Part shown: positions 37,824 through 49,600 of the stretch, piece after piece | How positions within the stretch are numbered: the stretch's first letter is position 1 | Layout: the number at the start of each line of letters is the position of its first letter | DNA from: Folioceros fuciformis | Lineage: Eukaryota | Reading direction: 5' to 3' | DNA length: 64,000 nt | NCBI GenBank assembly: GCA_049999805.1 | Contig: JBNGIO010006371.1 | Coordinates: 323,260 to 387,259, forward strand | Position numbers and translations under genes: made by a program | The notes under the pieces: model-generated | Databases searched by the model: none | Told to the model about the DNA's origin: nothing | Seen by the model: only the letters and a program-made list of their open reading frames with translations

Positions 37824-38655
37824 GTTTCCACGGAAGAGAGAGAGAGCCATGCATAACGTGGGGAGAAGTGGGAGCTCACATTCTGGAATCCCAACATCAA
37901 CATCAACACAGGGGACCGGTCCCGCGGTAGGAGAGAGGCCTAGGCCAGGCGATGCCAGGATCCCCTGTGACTTCCAAGACAGCGAACAGTTACGTGCGGG
38001 GTATGCAAACTTGGGGAGGGGCATGGTCCAGCGTCTGATTCCGATCCTCAGTCCCTCTCAGGACGACCAGCCCCGGTGGCAGTGTGGAGGAATGTGGCTG
38101 GGCCCAGGTTTCTCAAACACGCCTGCGTGCCGTAGGCATGTTATGGGAGTACGATTTGCGATTGCGAGAAGGTGACCCGGTACCGTTTCAATGCTGTGCT
38201 AAGGAGCCAGATTGTAAGCCGGATTTTCATGAGATGTGAAGTGGGCATCGGTAAAGAAACTTCTGCTCCGGTTGCGAGCTGTTGGTTACTCCTCAGGATC
38301 TTGAAGACACCGACATCTTCTCTTCCAACACATGCGTGTTGTTCATTTTCCTGTGAATTATGCAAGGTAGAACGAAATTGCCCAAAAAAGTAAAAACAAA
38401 GAAGGCTTTGAAGGAATGGGAACTCCGTGAGTGAGTACAGCCTGCTCTGAACAAGATCCCATCAACTCGTGACTGCACCTGGAGGATTGAACAAGAAGTA
38501 ATTGCCGTTTCAGTGATAGGCCATTTTGGACATCACAGCTGATTGTATGGCTATCTACCACGCAGGTTTGTTAACTTGATGACCAGTGTGCCAGCCGGCC
38601 AGCTTCCAGCTGCACGTGCAGGTGAGTAACAATGAAACCAGGAAAGGGAGCTGCG
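37824..38655 (+). pseudogene. Degenerate BXL relic (pieces of exon 2, exon 3 and the last exon)
   Basis: gtttccacggaag..., ctcacattctggaatcccaacatcaacatc, caggatcttgaagacacc and ccagcttccagctgcacgtgcaggtgagtaacaa match the flanking BXL genes, with frameshifts and large deletions. Confidence 0.8.
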
Positions 38656-39067
38656 TGTCCTTGACCTTGTTGGTCACTCAATTGTTGAACTGAGGGACAC
38701 ATTCCTGACTCCATTAGATACCCTCTCACAGCCGCCGCGATTGCATTTCGAGGCTTCTCAGGTTAAGGCTAAGAACCAATTGACATATACCGCACCTTGG
38801 TAATGCCCAGTTCTCTTGACTCGGCAAATCATACACTAAAACTACAAGCTAGGCTAACATGTTGTATGTCCTTACAGAAGCCCAGGAAACCCATCTTTAA
38901 TAAATCACAAGCCAACGTGGTGAGCTGCGTACTGGGAATGCCACCCCAATTCCCTCCTTTTCATGCCATCACGATCATTCTATTGGCCGAGGGACTGAAA
39001 ATGTTAGACCAGCTGCACATAAGCCATGGAATCAGCTTGCGTGAGCAGCTGCCAGTATAGCTCCAGT

Positions 39068-39310
39068 CGCAGCTTACTCACAACAGGTAGGCCTTTGTAC
39101 TTGGCACTTAGTTAGCTCAAGAAGTTGCAGCTTACTCACAACATACCTTTGTTCTTCACACTTGTTAGTCCCAGAAGTTGCACCTTGCTCACAACAAGTA
39201 GGCCTTTGTACTTCAAACTTGTTAGCCCCCGAAGTTGCAGCTCACTCACAGTAGGTAGGCCTTTTCTACTTCATACTTCTTAGCCTAGGAGTACTTCACA
39301 CTTGGTAGCT
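39068..39310. repeat. Degenerate tandem repeat of about 55-60 bp (gttgcagcttactcacaac...ggcctttgtactt...)
   Basis: About four diverged copies are visible. Confidence 0.65.
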
Positions 39311-39826
39311 TAGGAATGTTGTCTGGAATTTCAGAGGCATGTTCAGTTAAAAATATTATGGAATTTAGAGGCTCTTAAAAGGGCTCGAGCATTCATGCAT
39401 CAGCATATCATTCCTGCTGTAGAAGATGGACAGTTAGTCTACTTAATATTGAATGCATATTCTTCAACTATATTTATTTTTTATTATTTTGTATAATTAT
39501 TATCAACAACAAGACAATTAGCAACCTTAATATGTTTATCACCACACCACTTTAATAATAATAATATTTAAATATAAAATAAATTTGTTGCCTAGATAAA
39601 GGCATTTTTTACCTTGAGAAAAACGAAAAACCCATGACCCTATTCCTATTAAAGTTGGAAACAACCCGTTTTTTTTTAAAGAAAGTAATCACTAGTTAAA
39701 ACTAGAACAACTCAAACTGGAATACTAGATAACACAATAGAATATTTTACTGACTAGTGCAAACTAGAGAAACTAGGGGGCAAAGCAAGCTCTAGCCCTG
39801 AAAACGACCCATGGGAAGTGCTATAT

Positions 39827-40633
39827 TTTCATGAAATATAGCATCTTGGAAGGAAATTTGAAATGAAATGCTATATATATTTCATCCCAAATCTTCTTCC
39901 TTGCAATACTACATTTCATTTCAAATCTTCTTCCTTGCAATGCTACATTTCATCCTAAATCTTCTTCCTTGCAATGCCACATTTCTTTTCAAATCTTTTT
40001 CCCTGCAATACTACATTTCGTTTCAAATCTTGTTCCTTGCAATGCTACATTTCATCCCAAATCTTCTTCCTTGCAATACTACATTTCATTTCAAATCTTG
40101 TTCTTTGCAATATTATATTTCATCCCAAATCTGCCTCCTTGCAATACTACATTTCATTTCAAATCTTCTTCCTTGCAATACTACATTTCATTTCAAATCT
40201 TCTTCCTTGCAATCCTACATTTCATCCCAAATCTGCCTTCTTGCAATACTACATCTCATTTCAAATCTTCTTCCTTGCAATGCTACATTTCATCCCAAAT
40301 CTTCTTTCTTGCAATACTACATTTCATTTCAAATCTTCTTCTTTGCAATGCTACATTTCATCCTAAATCTTCTTCCTTGCAATGCTACATTTCATCCTAA
40401 ATCTTCTTCCTTGCAATACTACATTTCATTTCAAATCTTCTTCTTTGCAATACTACATTTCATCCCAAATCTTCCTCCTTGCAACACTACATTTCATTTC
40501 AAATCTTCTTCCTTGCAATCCTACATTTCATCCTTAATCTTCTTCCTTGCAATACTACATTTCATCCCAAATCTTCTTCTGCAATACTACATTTCATTTC
40601 AAATCTCCTTCCAAGATGCTATATCCCATGAAA
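39827..40633. mobile_element. 34-bp minisatellite array enclosed by 44-bp terminal inverted repeats (foldback/MITE-like)
   Basis: Unit aaatcttcttccttgcaat(a/g)ctacatttcat(ttc/ccc). The left arm 39827-39870 is the reverse complement of 40590-40633 with 3 mismatches. Confidence 0.6.
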
Positions 40634-40887
40634 GCCAAGAGAGAGACTGTCTAAGTCACGTACCTTACAAGGCTGAAAGCCAAGAGACAGACTAGTCTAG
40701 GTCATGTGCCTTAGAGGGCCGAAAGCCAAGAGAGACACTAGTGTAGGTAATGTGCCTTAGAGGGCCGAAAGCCAAGAGAGAGACTAGTCGAGGTCATGTG
40801 CCTTNNNNNNNNNNTGCCTTAGAGGGCCGAAAGCCAAGAGAGAGACTAGTCTAGGTCATGTGTCTTAGAGGGCCGAAAGCCAAGAGA
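40631..40887. repeat. Minisatellite with a unit of about 46 bp (agggccgaaagccaagagagagactagtctaggtcatgtgccttag)
   Basis: Directly visible, with an N gap inside. Confidence 0.85.
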
Positions 40888-41479
40888 GGGGCTAGCCTTG
40901 CAAATATCGATCTAGGAAGTACCCGTAGCCCCATAGCCCCTAAAGTTGACCATGATCATGACCTAAAATGGATTGGAGATAGTGAAAGACTTGAACAAAT
41001 TGATTGGAGATAGTGAAAGACTTACCTACAACTGGAGCCGACAATGCTTCTAAAGCTGCACTAATATTTGACATGTAAACGACTTTTGCAAAAGTGCTTT
41101 ATCAAGGGATGAAAATGCACTACCGAAGAAGGCCACCACCAAAGAAAGAAAGGAGAAATGCACTCCTATGGTTGTGATAAACCTTTGCACCATCTTCATA
41201 AGTCTTGAAAATTCATAGCCCTATCGGCCAGGGAGGGATAAAAGCATTACACACATCGTGCATAGGAATATATCTACGGGCTTGCTTTTTACATATCCCT
41301 CAGCTACCACCTTGGAGATTGCCACCCACCCTAGAGGATGATTGATTGTAGCAAACTCATAGATATAGTCCCTAATGGCATGTGTGAAGACAACATCTAC
41401 AAGGGAATGTGCGACAAACCACATTTACAAGAAAGCAATATTAGGGATATGTGTTAGGGTTGTGTGATGGACCACATGT

Positions 41480-41820
41480 GAAAAAAAACAACATTGTGAA
41501 TATATGACGACCACATAAATAAGAAAGAAAATAACATTAGGGTGTGACCACCAAATCTTCAAGAAAACAACATTAAGGTGTGACCACCANNNNNNNNNNA
41601 CAACATTAAGGTGTGACCACCACATTTACAAGAAAACAACATTAAGGTGTGACCATCACATCTACAAGAAAACAACATTGGGGCGTGACAACCACATCTA
41701 CAAGAAAACAATATTAGGATATTACCACCAATTTACAAGAAAACAACATTAGGGTGTGACCACCATATCTACAAGAAAACAACACTAGGTAATGGGACCA
41801 CATAAGCAAGAAAATAACAA
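41480..41820. repeat. Minisatellite with a unit of about 37 bp (acaagaaaacaacattaaggtgtgaccaccacatct)
   Basis: Directly visible, with an N gap inside. Confidence 0.85.
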
Positions 41821-42772
41821 TTTTTAAATAATGCGCACTAAACGAAAAAAGGCACTCTAAAAAACTACAACAACTGGGATGTTCAACCGGGAAATATATA
41901 TATATATATATATATATGTTGAAAACGAAAGAGAATTGTCGAAGGGAGGTAGGAGAGTTGTGTGTTGAGCAAACCATATGCCGAGGCCTGCAACTCTTTC
42001 GTGCGCCAAGTCTGTCCTGATTCACCAAGAAGGAATCAGCCTGTGCTCGCTTGCTTCACGTAGCTGATGAAGCTCGTTGCGCTGGGTCCCTGGTCCTGTG
42101 CGGCAGAGATTGATGGCTCAAACGAGGCTCCGGCTCACCCTCCGTCTGTTCCACAGCGATCGCTTGCTTGCCCTCGAGGAGGCTACCACACCTCCTGAGC
42201 ATCGACAGTGCAAACCCCGCAGGCATGGATCCCTTTCGGCGCATCACGGTTCACCCTCACCCAGAGGCTACCTAGGAATCTCAACACTGCAGATGTCTCG
42301 ACAGCGGCCTCTCCGCTTGACCACAACTTATGTGCAAGTTGCCCAAGCCCCTTACTTCCACTGACGCAAAGTCAGGTGCAGCATGCAATGACTAAACTCC
42401 AACTGTCTGCCATGAACTAGGTCTCTTCCAGGCAACGCATCCAACACCTGCATCCATGAACCTGCAATCCCGTTTGGAACGCTCGCCCGGACAGGCACAC
42501 CATCCCAGTGTCGCGTAGGGTACAGCCACACCATCCAAGTCTGTCGCCGATTATCATGCCCTGTGTTAAATGTGCTTCGTCTCCGTGCTAAGGACACGCG
42601 CCATTTAAACTGTACCGTCTGTCCTCTGTTCCGAGGACAGACATACTATACAAGTGTGCGTGAAGAGTCATTCAATGTTAGCACAAAGGGAAAGAAGAGA
42701 TGAAAGCTATATAGGACCCTCAACATGCAGGCAGAGTGGATATGTCTTGGTGAGGCATGCAGTGCAGCAAAC

Positions 42773-45700
42773 ATGGCTTGTGGGAGTTGTGGCGAGTTGG
42801 TTATGTTAACGTTCGTGGTGATATGGCTACAGCTTGCGGGCAGGAGCGTGGAGGAGTTTGATGCGAAGCCGGCCTTCGCGTGCGACCGTGCCAGGAATCC
42901 AGATGCTTCGGCCTGGCCTTTTTGCGACACTTCGCTCCTCATCCAGGATCGGGTGAAGGATCTGGTGAGCCGGCTCACCCTGGAGGAGAAGGCGCTGCAG
43001 CTGGGCAACAATGCTCCTGCCATTTCGCGGCTGGGTATCCCGGAGCACGAATGGTGGTCGGAGGCCCTGCACGGCGTGGGATACAGCCCTGGAGTCACGT
43101 TCGGGGGAGCGGTGCCCGGGGCTACCAGCTTCCCGCAAGTCATCCTCACGGCCGCATCTATGAATAGAACGCTGTGGTATCAAATCGCGCAGGTGGGTCA
43201 TGTCACTGGGTGCCCAGCGCTGCTACGTTGTGGTTGTGGTAGTATTAGGACATACCATGTTGTGACAAGTTGGGATGGATACGTTTGTGTTGCTGTGCTA
43301 TCGGCAGGCTGTTTCCACGGAAGGACGAGCTATGTACAACTTGGGGAGGAGCGGGCTCACGTATTGGAGTCCCAACATCAACATCTTCCGGGATCCGAGG
43401 TGGGGGAGAGGGCAGGAGACGCCCGGGGAGGATCCTCGTGTGAACTCCCAGTATGCCAGAAGCTACGCGCGGGGTCTGCAAGGGGAGGAGCTTGAGCTCG
43501 CGTCTGATTCCGATCCCCAATTCCCCTTAGGGCATGACAGGAAGCTGCAACAGGAGAAGGCGGTGGCACCACCACAGTACCTCAAGACGTGTGCGTGCTG
43601 CAAGCATTTCACGGCGTATGATCTGGATCATTGGATGGGCGTGTCCCGATACCACTTCAATGCTGTGGTAAGCGCTAGCTTGATTGCCACGTACTTGTGC
43701 CGCAGGATTGTATGCGGGCTTTGAATAGCAGTGGAACTGGCTCATGACATGGACTAAGAAACGTTTGCGTGCTGGGCATGTGGCGTGTAGATTACTGCTC
43801 AGGATCTTGAAGACACCTACAATGTTCCCTTCAAAAGGTGCGTTGAGGAAGGCCATGCGGCCAGCGTCATGTGCTCCTACAACTCTGTCAATGGAATCCC
43901 CATGTGTGCAGATTACAACCTTGTTACCGGAAAGCTTGTGAACGACTGGCGACTTAGTGGGTGAGTACATGTACAGCCTACTCTGCGCACGGTGCAGTTG
44001 TACCACCTCCGCATGAGAGTCCACGGTTGTGGATTGGGCTAGTTCTGACATTAGCATGCTTCAGTGACATGCTTGGACATCACACAAGTCCGGATGATTG
44101 TCTGTTGTAAGTACGTCTGTTTTGATACATGTGTGTTGTGCGTGCAGATACATTGTTTCTGATTGCAATGCTGTTGGGATTATCCACGACAGCTACAACT
44201 ACACCTACACGCCAGAGGACACAGTGGCAGCTGCACTCCACGCAGGCCTGAACCTTGACTGTGGCACCTACTTCCAAGAGAACATCGTGAGAGCTGTGGA
44301 AACAGGCAAGGTGAACGAGTCCACCGTCGACGGAGCCCTGAGCAACCTCTTCACCGTCCGCATGCGGCTGAGACTGTTCGACGGCGATCCCGCCACCCTG
44401 GATTACGGCAAACTGGGGGTGGAGTCCATATGCAGCCAGGAGCACCAAGCACTGGCGCTGGATGCAGCCAGGCAAGGAATCGTCCTTCTCAAGAACGAGA
44501 ACAGCCTGCTCCCTTTAACCGGCGTTGAATCCTTGGCTCTCATCGGCCCACACGGCGACGCCACAGACGCAATGCTCGGAAACTACTACGGTAAGGTTTT
44601 CTCAGCTGCAATGCAATCCGCATCCGCTGCCTGCAGTGCAACATCCAATACATGTTGGGTACGATGTGACATCCAGCTGAGTGACGAAGTGGGCGCTCAA
44701 TGCGTCTGGCATATGCTTGCAGGCGCCCCCTGCAACTACATAACCCCGAAGCAGGGCCTGGAGGCGTACGCGCAAGTGACCTTCACGCCAGGATGCGAAA
44801 ACGTGGTCTGCGCGGACGACTCAGGAATCAGCGAGGCAGCTACGACTGCAGCACGAGCGGACGTGGCGGTGATCGTGGTAGGCTTGGATAGCGGTCAGGA
44901 GGCGGAGGATCGGGACAGAACCTCCCTCCTGCTTCCCTCAAACCAGCAGAATCTGGTGGAGGACTCGACCGCCGCAGCAGCAGCGGCAGGCAAGCGGGTG
45001 GTGCTGGTCCTCATGTGTGGTGGCCCGCTGGACGTCACCTTCGCCAAGCAGGACGCCCGCATCGAGAGCATCCTGTGGGTGGGCTACCCTGGCCAGTCGG
45101 GCGGCCAGGCTCTGGCAGAGATCCTCTTCGGCCACCACAGCCCCAGTAATCGTTCTCGCCATTCCCCATCCCCCATCCACTGTGCATGCACAAATAAACA
45201 CCCATCCGTCCATGCTTCAACATCCGTGCTTGCCATGCTGCAGGTGGGCGACTCCCCGTGACCTGGTACCCCGAGCAGCTGGCGGAAACGGTGGACATGA
45301 CAAACATGAACATGCGGCCGGACCCGGCAACAAACTACCCCGGCAGGACGTACCGCTTCTACACCGGCGCCACCGTGTACAATTTCGGGCACGGGATTCA
45401 GGGCTACAACGGAAACACCTTCCAGCCCGCCTTCTTGCCAGAGCGCTCGCCCGCCACATTCGATCTTTCAGCAGCTGGTCCTGGCCGCCGAAAATCCGGC
45501 CCCCGCCAGCTGCGCTGCTCTGAGTTGGGGGATGACGATGCACAAAGCGCTGTAGAGCCGCCCAGCTTCCAGCTACACGTGCAGGTGAGCAACAACGGAA
45601 CCAGGGACGGGAGCTACACCGCGTTGCTCTTCACGCAGTCGCCCGCCGCGGGCGCCGACCACGCGCCCTTGAAGGAGCTGGTAGGATTGGAGCGCCTGCA

Positions 45701-45866
45701 CGTCGCTGCTGGCAGCACTGCGCACCATGCCTTCACTATTCGCCCGTGCCATCATCTAAGCACCGTCGCCGCCGACGGCTCTCGCGTCCTCAAGCCGGGT
45801 TTGCATCGCTTCTCCCTCGACCAGAGCTTCCATCAGGTTGCTTTAACCCTTCAGGGTTCCCAGTAG
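42773..45866 (+). CDS. GH3 beta-D-xylosidase (BXL family), copy 2, 6 exons
   Basis: Same motifs and intron positions as copy 1: [56 protein letters not shown] and GRTYRFY. Confidence 0.93.
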
Positions 45867-46607
45867 GAAGGAAAGGTAGCTGAATGACGGATTCGGAAGA
45901 AAGACTGTGAGTAGGAAGGACTGTATACAACAAGGAAGGTCAGAAAGAATAGTTGTAACCATTGAGCCGATAACTAATAAGCTCAAACGATGAGTTTAGT
46001 ATAACAACCCCAAGATAGGCAGAGCTTACACATCGATGTTGGATTAAGTTAGCAGTCTATCTGCATCTGCATAAGAGCTCACACAGAATCGACCAATAGA
46101 TGCTTGTATGAAATGGTTTGGAGAGTTGAGAAGGAGATGGAGTCCAAACCCAAACGTTTTAAGCCTGGCTTTAGTCCCACAAAACCTACGTTATCAACAT
46201 GGAATTACAAGGAACAGGAAGACATGGACGAAGGAGATGGTAAGGAGGGAGACTGAAGTTTGCAATGGCACGAGGGTGAAGGCGCTAAAGGAAACACGTT
46301 CTTGTACTCTCGGACTCAAATCCGCATGATTTTTAGTCTTGAGCATTCTGATAGCGAGAGCCTCCCTTGATAAAAGTTGAAATTGCTCCTATAAATCATC
46401 TACATTGGGAGCAAGACCGGGCGTCGAACCTCGGGTGCTGCGTCAGTACGTTGGGTGGTAGACAGATTGATGCATCTGCTGGCTTGGGTGAGGTGTTTGG
46501 AATTTGGTAGCTCGGAAGACAGTAAGGGGAAATGTGGAGCCAGGCAGGCGATTTGCCTGTAGCAGCAGGTCCTTGCAGGAGGGAGACAAATGTGAGGTTG
46601 GAGACAC

Positions 46608-49600
46608 ATGCCGTGGGCAGTGACCGGGGTTTGCTGTCTTGCATTCGAATGCTCAGCTCAGAGTTTGCTCCTGCAAGGCATGGGTGTTTTGGTAAGAGCT
46701 TCCGTCCTCCGGATTTCCAGGAAGCAACCGTCGACGCACAACCAAGTCGGGAGGTGCAGCAGCACCCTTGCAGCACACCCAGCAGGTGGTGTCTGTGAGA
46801 GGAGGTTAGCACGTAATTCGGACCGTGACAGAGATGGTGCTTACGATGTGGGCGTGACGGCTGAAACAGTGCACAGACTATGTGATGAGGGGCATGTCAC
46901 GGAGGCCGTCGAGGCTTTGGAGTTTCTGGTGCACACGGGTCGTTTTGTCACCAAAGCTCTGCTTTATGCTGTGTTGAAGAAATGTGTTGTGAAGAAGGAT
47001 CTTGCTCTGGGTAGCCGTGTGCATGCCTTCACTTTGAGAAAGGGGTACCAGGCGGACACGTTCTTGTGCAACCACATCCTGCGGATGTATGCTTCTCATG
47101 GCAGGCTGCAGGACGCGATGGATGTGTTTGAAGGTGTTGCCCAACCAGATTCCTTTATGTGGTCTTCCATCATCTCTGCACATGTTCGACAAGGGCAGGA
47201 CACGCAGGCGTTACAGCTGTATCATCGGATGCGGGGGTCTGGTGTGAAGCCAGATGGCCATGTATTTGTGGCAGCACTTCAGGCCTGCATCAGAGGATTA
47301 GACCTGAAATCTGGGCAGCAGGTGCATGCTGATGTGTTGGCCAGTGGCATCAAGCCAGATTTGTTTGTATGTAACGGCTTGGTGAACATGTATGGAAAGT
47401 GTGGCAGATTGGAGAGTGCGCAGGGAGTTTTTGATGGACTTAGCAAGAAAGACGTTGTGACATGGACTGCAATGATCGCAGGATATTCCCAGCAGGGCAT
47501 GGGTCAGAAAGCCCTCACTCTCTACGCTGCAATGCAACAGGAAGGCTTTGTTGTACCCAATTCGGTGACATTCGTGTGCCTCTTGCAGGCGTGTGCTAGT
47601 GTGGGCGCCCTGGCATTGGAGAAAGGGAGGCAGCTTCATGCACAAATCAGAGAAAGAAGACAACAGGATGATGTTCCTGTAGCTAACAGTTTGATAAACA
47701 TGTATGCAAAGTGCGGCAGCTTGGAAGATGCTCAGAGAGTGTTTGATGGGCTTTGTCAAAAGGATGTAGTGACGTGGAATGCCTTGATAGCTGGGTATTC
47801 CCAGCAGGGAATGGGGCATGTAGCTCTTGGTCTGTATAGTGCTATGCAAGAAGAAGGGATTGTTGTACCTGATGCTGTGACATTTGTGTGCCTCCTACAC
47901 GCTTGTGCCAGTGTCGGAACACTGGCCTTGAAGAAGGGGGTGCAGCTTCATGAGCAAATTAAGGAACAACGACTTCAAGCTGATGTGCTTATAGCTGACA
48001 GTTTGGTGAAGATGTATGCAAAGTGTGGCAGCATGCAAGATGCACAGAGGGAGTTTGATGGACTTAGAAACAAGGATGTACTGACGTGGACTGCAATGAT
48101 AGCAGGATATTCCCAGCAGGGCATGGGGCAGGAAGCCCTTTGCCTGTACAGTGATATGCAAGAAGAAGGCGTGGCTGTCCCCAATGCAGTGACATTTGTG
48201 TGCCTCCTACAGTCATGTGCAATTTTAGGCACCCCTGCACTGGAAACAGGGGTGCGTCTCCATGCTCAAATCCAAGAACGGGGACATGAAGCTGACTTGT
48301 TTGTAGTCAGCAGTTTGGTGAACATGTATGCAAAATGCGGCAGCTTGGAATCTGCTCAAAGAGTGTTTGATGAACTAAGTGCCAAAGACGTGATAACCTG
48401 GAATGCCTTGATAGCAGGTTATTCCCAGCAGAGGATGGGGCAGGAAGCTCTTCATCTGTACAGTGCAATGCAAGACGAAGGCATGGTTTTACCTGATTCC
48501 GTAACTTTTGTGTCCCTCCTGCAGGCATGTGCGAGTGTGGGGACTGCAGCACTGGAAACGGGGAAGCAGCTTCATATGCAGATCAAGGAACAAGGGTATC
48601 ATGCTGATCTCTTTGTAGCCAGCAGTTTGGTAAACATGTATGTCAAGTGTGGCAGCTTGGAAGATGGACAGGACGTGTTTGATAGACTTGGTCACAAAAA
48701 TGTGGTGACATGGAATGCCATGATTGGAGGGTATTCTCAGCAGGGCTTGGGGCAAGAAGCCCTTCGTCTCTATGCTGCAATGCAAAGAGACGGCAGGGTT
48801 GTACCAGATTCTGTCACATTTGTGTGCCTCTTGCAGGCATGTGCAGGTCTGGGCAACCTGGCATTGGAGACAGGGAAGCAGCTTCATGCAGAAGTCAATG
48901 AACGAGGACTCCAAGCGGATCTGTTCATAGCTGATAGCTTGGTGAACATGTATGCAAAGTGTGGTAGCATGGACGGTGCTCAGAGAGTGTTCAACGCCAC
49001 TTCGCCAAAAACTGTGGTGATGTGGACTGCAATGATAGCAGGATACTCCCAGCATGGCATGGGACAGGAGGCCCTTCGTCTCTACAGTGTTATGCAAGAA
49101 GAAGGCATGGCTGTGCCCAGTTCTGTCACATTTGTGTCTCTCCTGCAGGCCTGTGCAACTGTGGGCACTGCAGCCTTGGAGGAGGGAAGAAGTCTCCACA
49201 GGCAAATCAGAGAAGGAGGACATGAAACCGATGTGTGTATAGCCAGCGGTCTGGTGAACATGTATGCAAAGTGTGGCAGCTTGGAAGATGCGCAGAGAGT
49301 GTTTGACTCACTTGGTCAAAAAAACGTGGTGACATGGAATGCTATCATATCAGGGTATGCGCAGCAGGGTATGGGGCATGAATCCCTCCATCTCTTCAGA
49401 GCTATGCAAGCTGAAGGCGTGACTGTACCCGACTCTGTGACGTTTGTGTCTCTCCTGCAGGCATGTGCAAGTGTTGGCACCCTGGAATTGGGGACTGGGA
49501 AGCAACTTCATGCACTAATCGAAGGGGGAGGACATGAAGCTGATGTGTTTGTAGCCAGCAGTCTGGTAAATATGTACGCCAAATGTGGCAGCTTGGAAGA

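Noticed and set aside
39868-40695. ORFs of 275, 143 and 130 aa with hydrophobic repeats
   Set aside because: They are translations of a stop-free 34-bp satellite that cycles through all three frames.
42056-42247. SMLRRCGSLLEGKQ, a PPR-like snippet
   Set aside because: Too short to call.
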